Shown here: positions 1-16,133 of the stretch, in pieces | Numbering within the stretch: the stretch's first letter is position 1 | Layout: each line of letters opens with the position of its first letter | Assembly: GCF_000150275.1 (NCBI RefSeq) | Contig: NW_002060954.1 | Coordinates: 434,001-498,000, forward strand | Direction of reading: 5' to 3' | DNA from: Trichoplax adhaerens | Lineage: Eukaryota > Animalia > Placozoa | Length of the DNA stretch: 64,000 nt | Notes under the pieces: model-generated | The model's database searches: none | What the model saw: the letters and a program-made list of their open reading frames with translations, nothing else | What the model was told of the DNA's origin: nothing | Made by a program: the position numbers and the translations under genes

Positions 1-346
1 AAACAGACATACTGTACTGTATGAACTACGAACGCCTGCAGACGACAGTACTGTACTGTACTGGGTATTTCTTTTAGCCTGCAAAGTACAGTACAGTACG
101 CTTATCTTATACTGTATACTGTACAGTACAGTATTCTTCGAATTAAGATAAAATAAAATAAAATTTAAAATTTATTTGTTACATTAGGGTTGGTATCGTA
201 TCGCGGAAAGTAAAATACGATCGTGGTAAAAGTAGGATATTGTCCATCCATTCTACGTACTCATTATTTCTCTCATTTATGCACTGTATGTACGCGTACA
301 CTTTGATACCACACACGCAAACTACTGTAGTTGCACACTTTGCAGA

Positions 347-1532
347 ATGAACGACGTCCCAATACTTCAGCAACCTCCAAGTTACTATGATCCGCCAAGT
401 TATGGTACCACATCGAATAGCTATCGTGGAAGCAATGGCCTACATCGAAATAGAACCCCTGTATGCGTCGCTCAGATGGACGAAGAAGGCTTATCCGATT
501 TTATGATCTCTCATGCTTGCCTGTGCAGTATTTTACCTCCATTTTCATGTTTGTGTTTGCAGCCTTTACGGGTTTTATGTTGTGCCAAGAGTGAGGGCCT
601 GCGCCAAGCACAAGCTACTCGTTTGGTACTATATACAGATGAGTTGGAGTTGCAGCTGGATAGTTACTGCCAATGCTGTGCATGCGTTGGTGCTGGTCCT
701 GCGCCACGACCAGAGTCTGCGGGTTTGTCTACTGTTCTCGTTAATGTTAGATAATAATTTAGGTTTAATTAGTGTTTATCTAAGATTACTGGTTTAGTTT
801 ACTATTCTGCAGTTGAAATCTGTCTAAGATTTTCGTATTTGTGTGCGTCGGTGGATGATGCAGTACAGACTGTACACAGTTGTGCACTTGTACGTACAGT
901 ACACTGGTCGCGAGTTTACGAGTTGCATACTGTACTGTACGCGCAATAAACGTACGTATAAAAACAGTACACGTACAAAATAAGTTCGAAAAGCATGGCA
1001 TCAAGAAAACTTTATCTTTATAGAGCGTAACATGTCTATGTTAATTTAGTATAGTAGTTTTTTAATTCAGTACTTATCGGACAAGTATAGTTGTGATTCT
1101 CATACGTTGATGCCTATGCAATTATAAATTCCTAGCTTATACTAGCGCTAAGTTATGCGGTACCGTTCCAATATTTAAGATACAGTAATAGAAGTAAAAT
1201 CAAAATCTGCATCTGTCACTGGTGATAATGTATCTTTTAAATAAATGAACTATCATTATGATCAAATGATAGGTCTATGCGGCGAAACTGGAAAGATGAT
1301 CAAGATTTTACCATTAGATCAAATTTCTCAGATTACTGTCTTCAATTACTGGCAACTAAACTCGATTCGTATTGTATCTGCAACCCCTTTATTTACTATG
1401 GGCAAGGATTCTTCCATTGTAACGATAAATGGAATTGTCGATGCAGAAGAATTTGCGGCAGCAATACTGAATCAAATGAAAATTGTAAAAAATTATCGGC
1501 GAAACTATCCAGAACCGTCCGGAAATGTCTAG
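347..1532 (+). CDS. Small two-exon Cys-rich protein with a possible PH-like (bPH_2/YdbS-type) C-terminal domain
   Basis: ORF 347 (preceded by ttgcaga) has Cys clusters (CLCSILPPFSCLCL, CQCCAC). A second exon follows an AG at 1271-1272 (LCGETGKMIKILPLDQISQITV...INGIVDAEEFAAAILNQ, stop 1530-1532). The donor site near 670-700 is not pinned down, and the domain call is pattern recognition only. Confidence 0.55.
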
Positions 1533-2090
1533 AAAACTTTCAATAATAAGTTTAAGTAGTAGTATACGCGTATACCTTTGTAGATAGAAAACGTCCAATT
1601 TACACCTCAAGTATAATACGCGTATATCGCATTCCTATTATTACAATATACGTATACATATACGCGTATCATAGAATATGTTAGATTAACATTTTCTTTC
1701 TTACTTTATTAATGTATACTCAGATGTGATAGCTTTTAGCTTTTACTAGCAACGAATAGAGAAGTGCTCAGTGGTTTTTGTATTCATAGTTTATGATTAT
1801 AGCAACGAAAGTTAGTATTCCGAACAAAGTTAAACTTTGTATCATCGTATTCCAGATGATATTGGTAGTTGATTATAATTATAGCTTACAGAAATTATCG
1901 GACTTATATTTACGATTAGTACCTGCAGTGAAGCCCCAAATAAGCTTGAGACTAAGATTATTGCGGAGAGGGTATGGTGAAAAGGATGTGACTGACAGAG
2001 AGACCAACTTTCGCTTGAGTAATCCATGTCATTGTACAGTACAGTACATACCGTACTTTACTCAGTGTACTGTACAGTAGAGTGTAAACG

Positions 2091-2194
2091 GGCTAATTTA
2101 CAGTATATGATTTTTATGAAAGCAAATATATAAAAAATTTTTTGTTTCTTTAATAAATTTTATATCTAACGAAAGAAAATGAGTTGAACTACAA
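2091..2194. repeat. Dispersed ~100-bp repeat, copy 1
   Basis: ggctaat...gatttttatgaaag...aaaattttttgtttctttaataaattttatatctaacgaaagaaaatgagttgaactacaa aligns by eye with 12745-12841. Confidence 0.8.
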
Positions 2195-2811
2195 TTTATT
2201 TATACGGAATGTCGGTGTACAGTAGCCACAGCACAGTACGTAACAGTATACTGTTAATGGAGTTGAGTGTGCATCGTTTGAAAATAACGACTGTGTGCAC
2301 TATTGTCTGGTTCGGGCACAGATGATTGGTTTTATTTGAACCACGCATACTCGTATACGAGAAATTCGAAGGCTGACTGTTTTGCTATTCATTTCTACAG
2401 CAGCTGCCACTTTTGCAATCTTCTAAGCAAAATAGTTAGATTACAGTATTCTGTATACTGTACAGTACTGCGCAGTTTGACTGCTATCATTGATACCATC
2501 TATGTATGAATCATGGTAATAACTCCTACTTGTATTATTTTTCGTTTACTGACGATGTACTAGTACAGTACAGTACAGTACAGTAAAGTTTTAGAGGTCT
2601 TCAATGACTCTTCATAGTCCGGTCTGCAGAATAGAATGTAAAGATGGACCTACTGTACTGTAGACCATGATCAGTGATCGGCATACAGGTGGGTGGAAAG
2701 TCATTTGAGATTTCTAAGTGTATTATTAGGATATTTTCCACACATTTTTGTTGTAATCATATAGAGTAAAGCTTATCATACTGTACAGTACTGTACAGCG
2801 ATAAGTTTGGT

Positions 2812-3242
2812 CATGGACTACTCTACAGTACTGTACTGTACAGTACTAGTAACTAGTACGGTACAGTACTAGGAAAAATACCTGGACTGGAAACTTTCCT
2901 CGGACAGATGGACTTTTCGTACTAGATAAGGCCGAAAATGTGGAAAAATAGTTACTCAGTACAGATCTTCCGTGTCTGTTTTCTAAATCACTCGTGTTAA
3001 TTTGAATTTGAACAACATTCATGATCTAAAGTTAATGTTTCTAAGCAGAGCTTAGTAACAGGTAATGGTACGCAATCTAATATTACTTAATTTAGAAAAA
3101 ATCAGTCAATTCAGAATCGACTGTTAGCATACTAAAGTAATGTCATAATGAAGTGTTTGACACAATTTATTGACCAAATAAGGCTAAGTGTCTGTCCGTC
3201 CAAACGAATTTCCGGTCCAGGTATTTTATCTACTAGTCCATG
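2812..3242. mobile_element. Non-autonomous TIR element (MITE), P/Galileo-like, 431 bp
   Basis: Ends are CATGGACTA...TAGTCCATG. The inner inverted match AAAATACCTGGAC(T/C)GGAAA is at 2875-2893 and 3209-3227. A perfect 7-bp direct repeat GTTTGGT flanks it at 2805-2811 and 3243-3249. Confidence 0.85.
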
Positions 3243-3296
3243 GTTTGGTACGACATAGTGGCAGTACAGTACAGTACAGTACACGAAATATGGGCT

Positions 3297-8206
<4,910 letters not shown>

Positions 8207-8251
8207 TTGTCGCATCTGAAACCATTGCGTGTGCTTCACCAGATGCGACAA
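8207..8251 (+). promoter_or_regulatory. 12-bp perfect RNA hairpin 6 nt after the Sec UGA (candidate Sec redefinition element)
   Basis: TTGTCGCATCTG (8207-8218) is the exact reverse complement of CAGATGCGACAA (8240-8251), with a 21-nt loop. Function is inferred. Confidence 0.55.
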
Positions 8252-8410
8252 ACTGTTGAACATAAAAGTTCTAAGATTTTAATTGTTTAGATGCAACTAT
8301 TGAATGTCTAAAAAGTTGTGTTTACTTCGACGATAATCATAACGTTAAACGGCTAACTCAATTGACAATCTCTAGTTGTTAAACGAATAATGACTGCAAG
8401 AATTATAATT

Positions 8411-8480
8411 ATATTGCCAAAATGACGATTTTTTTGTAAATTCTCCTTGAGAATAAATTAAATCTGATGCACGGTAGATT
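8411..8480 (+). promoter_or_regulatory. Eukaryotic SECIS element (form 2) of TXNRD2
   Basis: ATGAC at 8422 pairs with TGAT at 8465 (GA/GA quartet). Helix II is GATTT.../...AAATC, with unpaired AAA at 8438-8440 and apical mini-stem TTCTC-CTT-GAGAA. Helix I is ttgcc/ggtag. It lies ~220 nt after the Sec codon. Confidence 0.85.
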
Positions 8481-10027
8481 ATGTATCGCAATACTGTTAT
8501 GCTTCGGAAGAATCACATTAACACATTAAGGGCATGTGATTCCTTTAATTGAGCAATGCTTAATCAAATTTTAAAAATAAAATTCAACTAACTTATCAAT
8601 TTGCAAGACGCAATCGCGTAGTAACTGTTTTATCTTGTATGATTAATGCATTCCTAATCAGTATGATAACGAAGTTATAACAGTCAGTATTACAGACTTT
8701 CCTGTGGATACTGCAGTTGTTCTTTGAGCATGTTAACGTAGTACATGTATATATGCACTTGATACCGTCCTATTATGTGCTTCCGTTATTAATCAATGGT
8801 TTCATTCCTACACATTGCATGTTCTTACGGTCTTAAAAGAATCTAATTTTTACAGGTCTATTACACATTACCGTAGCTTGTAACTAACTTATAATGATTT
8901 TTCGGAAGATTGTAAGAGCGCATAAGCAATTACTGCAATCTTTATACACCCGAACAGGCGTCACCTGTCAATGTTGACAGCTGTTAAAAGTAGTTACTGA
9001 TCTGAAAAATAATATTAGTAGGCATTAACCTTAGATGTATGTATTTACCAATCTATCAAACTATGACGGCTTCATAATACAACTTATACAGTACAATAAG
9101 TAAAATTTCTACTATAGATTTTTCAATTGCTTAGTTGTTGCTAGAGTACAGTATAAACTTTACACCTTAGTTAAGTATTGTACTCCATATCTATATATAC
9201 GTACAAGTAGTAATATCATCTTTATCATATAGTTACAATTGCTGGGGTAGTATTAGATATCTGGAATTTAAAATGAACGCTAATCTAGAAATTAATATAG
9301 GCAGTTTACATATTGATACATCGCTCAATATTCTTTAAAGGTGTTGACAGCTAATATTCAGATTACATCACCTTTTTAATAGTTATCATAATGATTGTAA
9401 ATAATTTATTTACCAATAAACTTACAAAGACCTTATATGGTAGATAATCTAAATTAAAAAATCTATTTCAAGATACGCAAATAACGTAAATATATCATAA
9501 TTACACAAAAAGATATTAAAATCTCAAAATAAATAAGGTACGTACAAATAAACATCCTTTTGATAAAATTTTATATAAACTACCAGGAAAACTACCGTAT
9601 TTAGCAAGAGTTTTCTTCCCTATATACACATGTGACAGCAGCTTCGCTAGCACGCATTTTGAGAAAAAATTTATTTAGAAACAAAGTTTAACTTGATGAC
9701 CATACTAAAATTTAATAGATTCGAATCGTTATGAAGTGTGGGATAATCAATTGACTTACAATTAACTCTGCATGTATGCGAATCTGGGCAGCAGTAATGA
9801 TGCTGTACTTTAATAGCTAAACTTGCTACGTACAGTAATGGTAATATAGTCTTTAAATGCAAATTCGAAACATTGTAACGGTTTAATGTCAATTAATAGA
9901 TTGAATTTCATATGTATCAGGGTTTACATGAAGTTCATATCGTAAATAGCGAATAAGAGTTAATTTAAAGCTATTGTTACTCACTAACTGTAGAAATATT
10001 CTCATTAAAGTTTGAGCGCTGAAGTTC

Positions 10028-12381
10028 CTAGTCTTCCTCAGAGAAAAGCTCAATTCTAACCGAAGCTAAACCTTGTGAAGGTTTTATGCTATTCTTCCCC
10101 TCCATCTTTGTTAAAGTAGACGATCTAGAATATTTTATATCACAATTTTCTTTCTTTGCTGTACTCATTTTATAACCAAACTGCTGACGAAGGTTGTAAT
10201 GTGTAGGTGAGCGAGTCACTCTCTCCGGTGTCGCCTATGAATTACAGTTCAGAAAATTTCTTTTATATCGAATAAATCATCATCTGAACGCATATCACTA
10301 ACCATATCACTTTTATACGTACAGTATAATAAAATTGAAAGGAAGGGATTTAATGTAAACCAATGTATGCTAGAAAATTTTAAAATCAACTGCTGTCTAA
10401 GTAATGGATTACTTTTCCAACCGATAGTTCCGCTATCGTAAGCCAAAAATATTATCAGTATACACGAATTGAAAACTACGGACTTACCACATCATCTGGT
10501 ATTTTTTCAGTATGTTTGACTACAGATTTCGGTTTCGGTATGGTATGTGTTTTCGGACGCGAAATTGCCTTTATTTCAACATCACTTTCACAGTTATCCG
10601 AAAGGCCACTATCGCGTAACTTAGATGAATGCTTAGTTTTAATTCTAGCTGGATGCGGTTGCCTATTGTTTGTCTGTTTATATAAATGCTTATTGAAAAT
10701 CTTGGCAGAAGAATTACTAGCATCTGTGCGAGATAATCTATCTACTTCCTTTGCTAGAACTAATTTGTTATCTAGGAGGACTTTTATTTCCATATTTTGC
10801 TTGGCAATTTTTTCCAGCAAAGCGTTGTTAATTTTCGAATAATCGCGATATTTTATATAAGAAATCACAAGGATCGTGAAAGAGATCCCAATGAAGATTC
10901 TTCTGCATATCCACGTTGTACTATAAATTATTTCCTATAGACGCGAAAGGCAAATAAATATTAGAATCAGAATATAACTGAATGATAAATCGCTACATTG
11001 GGTATATATTCCCTTCCTAACCTTGGCTTTGCTATCCACAGGTACAGAACTGTGTAAAATTGCCCCGAGTAATCGTTCAAATATTACATTAATAGTTAAA
11101 ACTATAAACAACCAAATTCTTGCATTAGCAGTGGACGGAGTAGTAGTAAGTAAATACGCTAATAAGATACTGATTACATAATAAACGCCAGTATAGATGG
11201 TAGAAAATTCTCCAAGAAGTAGCATTTGGAGCGAAGTTAAGTACTGTAAGTTATTTCCAATTCTAGAAAACGCTCCTTGAATTATACGATAATTCTCTAG
11301 GGCGATATTGTTAGTCTTTGCCAATGTATTTGTCATGTCTTCACTAGAATTTCTTATCGATTCTTTTAGAATTCTTTCATTTTGAATTATTAACCTTTGA
11401 TTCTCTAGGGAATTATTTTGCTTTTGTAATACCTATAAAAACATTAAAATAGGTATAGCAAGTATTTTATTAAATCAGTCGATGATTAACTGTGGCGAAT
11501 CTGATTTTTAAATAGCCAAAGTATTTCAGTACATAAAATATTATAAAAATTGTTCTTCATGCTAAAATCGGATCAACATTGATCCCCGAAATCTTTTATA
11601 GCCGTGTTCATTAGAAATAAAAATAATAACGTTTGAGTGTATCAACAATTGTAATTATGAGTATAGAACTGTTGACTAATTGAGCAATAATGATCACATT
11701 ATACATGTTTGCATGCAGAATACTGCTTCAGTTTACTACAGCACTTAACGAGTCATCAGACTCCTCACCGATCATTCGTCAATCGAATAATACGCTTAAT
11801 CTATCATAAATATACAGAAGTTTATTTGTGTGGCTAACCTCTTCATGGTATCGTAACGACTGCTTCAATTTCATAGCTGTTTCAATGGAAGAAACCGATA
11901 GCTGATTGATAATTAATTCAGTATCTTCTTGCCATCTCTGATTTCTGATGAAAAAACAGATACTAATTGCATTTGTGAAGAATTCAGTGTAGATGATAAA
12001 GTCCGCTTTATCCATGGTACGGGTGCATTCTTCGATAGATTGATTGTCGGAGCATGGGAATGTCGGACGCCCAGATCGAGCTAGATGGCAATTAGTCAGA
12101 GCGATAGCTAACCTTGATTGGTCGACTGAAGAAAGATGCTTACAACCACTGTGAAATTGCATCAAGGCTTTATTCCAACATTGCGATGTTTCGCTCCACT
12201 TCTGTAAGCGATTAAGGTGTTTCTGTCCATGGCTGATACTTTCACTAGATACAATTTCGAAGGCTGGCTGTTCATATTTTTTACTCGTAAAATCTGAATT
12301 ACAAATAAGTGACAATCCAAGCAAAATAGTAGCACCTAAAATTACTCTATAACTGTGATAGAGTCTTCCGGCAAGTTCCAT
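10028..12381 (-). CDS. bmb: Brambleberry / GEX1 / Kar5-family nuclear envelope fusion protein
   Basis: Signal peptide, then the Cys-rich domain CWNKAL..GCKHL...QSRLAIALTNCHLARSGRPTFPC....IEECT...YTEFF, a coiled coil, three hydrophobic segments and a basic tail. Exons are about 12381-11839, 11432-11022, 10934-10488 and 10234-10028. Confidence 0.88.
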
Positions 12382-12744
12382 CGTTGTACGTATTAATTAA
12401 GAGGGTTCATAAAAGTTAAGAACGAAGTTGTCGCGCAGCATGTACGAAGAAGAATAAATAATTTGATATAATCAAAACTAATGCCTTAATGAAAGAATTA
12501 TGTACAGTACAGTACAAATAGTGTATGACCATGCACTGTATCTTTCCCGTAGTAAACGTATGGCACAAAGTCGGATTTAAGTGTAAGTAATTGAAGATAT
12601 TTGTACAAAATTTCGGAGTGGAAAAGAATAAAGTTGTAAAAAGCTAATCATGTTTATGACAGCAACTGCACAGTACAGTACAGTACGTTAACTACAATTT
12701 GTGCCCTAATCAGGGATTTTTTCTTAGACGTCCCAGAATGTCCT

Positions 12745-12841
12745 GGCTAATACGTAGGATTTTTGTGAAAGTGTACGCATGAAAATTTTTCTTTCTTTAA
12801 TAAATTTTATACTAAACGAAAGAAAATGAGTTGATTTACAA
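12745..12841. repeat. Dispersed ~100-bp repeat, copy 2
   Basis: ggctaat...gatttttgtgaaag...aaaatttttctttctttaataaattttatactaaacgaaagaaaatgagttgatttacaa, in the same orientation as 2091-2194. Confidence 0.8.
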
Positions 12842-12920
12842 GGATCTGTCGTCAAAATTTCTGTATAACGTTTAATTTTTTCATAATTTAAGTTTAAAGA
12901 TAAACCGTTATTTCGAAAAC

Positions 12921-13221
12921 TACAGTACGCAGTATAGTAAACAGTGATGGTACTGTACAGTACAGTACAGTACTGTATAAACTAGTGTACAGTACAGTAC
13001 TGTATGTTTATTTACACTATTATACTGTACTGTACAGATTATTTACTCTACAGGATAATAATAAAAATGATTTTAAATGAATCAAATTTGAGAAATTAAT
13101 TTTTTAAAATAGCGCTTACATTGCTGTCGAATTTTGATTGGCCTGTGATTTGTACGGAAGACAGTACAGACGCCAACCAAGTCGAATCGAACCTGTTGAA
13201 TTTACTGTACTGTACAGTACT
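12921..13221. repeat. TACTG/CAGTA tracts in the bmb-GNB1L divergent interval
   Basis: Repeated tactgtacagtacagtacagtactg at 12951-13037 and 13203-13221, with more at 13428-13480. Confidence 0.85.
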
Positions 13222-13257
13222 ATAGTTATATAATAAGTCTATAATAATAAGTGTATC

Positions 13258-13391
13258 CAGGGACTACTCAATCAAAATTGTACCCCGTTGCATAAAAATT
13301 GTCACCCATACTCTATAAAGATGAGAGCTCTTTCTAGAGTATGGGTGACAATTTTTATGCAACGGGTACAATTTTGATTGAGTAGTCCCTG
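13258..13391. mobile_element. Foldback (palindromic) MITE, 134 bp, same terminal motif family
   Basis: Arms 13258-13315 and 13335-13391 are reverse complements except for one indel (cccc/ggg). Termini are CAGGGACTACT...AGTAGTCCCTG. The 7-bp flanks GTGTATC / GTGTAAA match at 5 of 7. Confidence 0.85.
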
Positions 13392-13537
13392 GTGTAAAGC
13401 TACAGTGTCATGGTCTATGGACTAGTGTACTGTACTGTACTTATTACAGTACGGTACATACAGTGTATACTGTACGGTGTACAATACTGAATTCAGATTA
13501 CTGACACGGTGCACTACCAGGGGAGGTTTCGTAGAAC

Positions 13538-15636
13538 ATGGAAGGTGCTAAAGGTAGCGACAAGCCGCGACCTCCAGATCCAATTTATGTACTTCGCAGT
13601 ATTAAATCACCTGTAACAGATTTAAATATAGCTCTTTTAAGCAACATGCAGGTTATTTTTTGTGGGTACTGTATACGTATCCATGCTCGATAAGTTTAAG
13701 TTTTAAGTTTATAACAACAATCATGTTGAATCATTACAGCAGAAATAAGCTATAAGCAATCATCTATAGTATTGAACACTGTACTGTATACTGAGTAGCC
13801 CATAGCTATAAAATGGCATTTTTATTCATACTTACAGTCGTTTCGATGGTCAAATAGAACTATGGAACTTGGAAAGCAAGCGCGTTATGTCGTCTATCAA
13901 TGGGCATGGATGTTCTTCGGTTAATGCTATTGGATATCTATACGCTGAATATTTTTATAGGTACAGTACTACCGTACACTATAAACAACGTACATATCCA
14001 CAATATTTCCTACATCTGTAACATTTTTTAATATACTGAACACGTCAGTCATGGAAGGGATGGTAAAGTTAATGTTTGGAATTTATGCGGCGGCGGAATC
14101 GATAAGGTATCTTCATTTGCGTCCGAACTGACTAATTTCTGCAAGGCCTCTACTTTCTCTGATGGTATGTAAAATATTGTAAACGTTATTATACTATATC
14201 TGGCACTAGTTGCTTTTTAGCTATTACGTTATGATATAGCTTGTGATCTTACAAGTGGATTTATCTTAGATAATCTTAACATCATCAAGAGCTGTTGCAA
14301 TGAAATTAAGAATTGGATTGCACTGCCAGGTCCTGATTCTGAGGTAGTCTTGCTTTATTACACTACTCGTATTCTTGTATGTATATTGTGCTATCAATTA
14401 CAAGAGTGTATGAGCCTGCTTTAATTCATGTGAACCAGATTACTATCAAAAATATTTGGAATGGTGAAAATGTGCATAAATTAAATATATCAAATGATGG
14501 TGGGCTTGGTAAGTAAATTAACACCAGAATTGCTATACTCTAATAAATATTAATGTTTCATTTGCTTAAAGTATATAAACATTATATCGTCGCGTGCTGT
14601 ATATGCAGTATGATATAATCAGACAGAGGGTTAAGAACCGTACGATGGTAAGTTCAGCTAATAATTACTACTGATTCTACTATACTATAATATCAAGGCA
14701 TGTGCATGTACAGTAAATGCATAGTAAACGAGCATTATGGTAGACCGTATATCATGGCCGGATACGAATGTGGAGACATAATTCTCTGGGATGTCGCTGA
14801 GCGTAAACCATTATGTCAAAATAAGTGCTTTAATGAACCGGGTTAGTGACGCTACTGCTGCTACTTTTCAATATCGGTTCATTTAACTTCATGTTTAATT
14901 TGAATGAATTATCATTGCAAGAGAAAAAATTAACAGAGTAGTTTACTTCTTATTCAGTAACTTGTTTAGATTTAACTTCAACATATGCACACGGCTTGGT
15001 TGGATCGGTAGAAAGAGCAATTACAACCGTGGAAATAAATAACATGGTTCAGTGTTGTCTATTTATTAATGAAATTTCTTAATAGTATACACTACAAAAA
15101 ACTTACAACGCTAAAAATGATTTGCAAGCGTTAGTGACTAGGATACTTATTTCTATACTACCTCAATAATAATTATAATAGGAAACCTTAAATGTTAAGC
15201 GTTCCGCAATTACCATAAAAAATAGTGGTCTAAATGACATAAAAATTCGACCTGATAATAAACTGGTTGCAACTGCTGGCTGGGATGGAAGGTAATATTT
15301 ATCAACTGTATCTTGGTTATTTATAAGTAGTTGCGTTATCGTTTGCTTTAAATACTTCGATCGCATTCCGTTTTAAAAGTGTCCATAAACTAAGCATCTC
15401 TCAATTATAATTATTTAATGTACACTCATTAATTTTTTCGGTACATATATGTTTCATGGCGAGGTAGGATTCGTTTATTTAGTATGAAATCATTGAAAGC
15501 ACTTGCAGTTTTAACCTACCACACGGAAAGCATATCAAAGCTCGCTTTTTCCTACAATAACGCCATTGGATCGAAGCAGTTGCTAGTAGCTGGTTCAAGA
15601 GATGGCAGAATCAGTTTATGGTCAATTTATAATTGA
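13538..15636 (+). CDS. GNB1L: G protein beta-like WD40 protein GNB1L (Asa1 family), multi-exon
   Basis: N-terminus MEGAKGSDKPRPPDPIYVLR, then [63 protein letters not shown], and LLVAGSRDGRISLWSIYN*. The gene is missed by the ORF track because its exons are short. Confidence 0.9.
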
Positions 15637-16133
15637 TATACTGTAGGTACTTCTCATCAATCGCATGCTAGCTGCCAAATTTATATCTAACACTACTGCC
15701 TTGTTTGGTTCCTTTCATGCTAACTCGGTTTTGTCCATTGAATGTAAATTATACTATGAATTACGTTTATAATATACAAGATATGTCCACTGTACATTCA
15801 CTACTTTCTTATCTACAGTATAATTCAGAAGCCAACGAGCAAGTTTTTTTCCGTGTGAAGTTCTATTATTTATTTGTGCATTTAATAGCTGCAGTAATAT
15901 ACGTACATATCACGGGTTTTAATGACGTATTTTACGCACTAAAGTAGTGGTAAGTAGTACAATGTAATTCGAAAATTTTCGCAATAAAATACTAGAAAAC
16001 AGTCTGCCATTAATTCTTGTGAATGAGGAACGGGCTATGTGATTCTGTTCATTAAAATATATAGTTATCTAACATAATTCTGAATCCACAATACATTAAA
16101 ATAATAAATCTTCACGCACACAAGGGTTGGCGT

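Noticed and set aside
2643-2669. GATGGACCTAC...GTAGACCATG mini inverted repeat (and CATGGTCTA at 13409)
   Set aside because: It may be a decayed family member, but it has no TSD and is too degenerate to call.
10516-10842. Antisense ORFs over real exons (also 3233-3550, 16405-16653, 27806-28078, 50418-50636, 58609-59336)
   Set aside because: They are shadow frames opposite identified coding exons.
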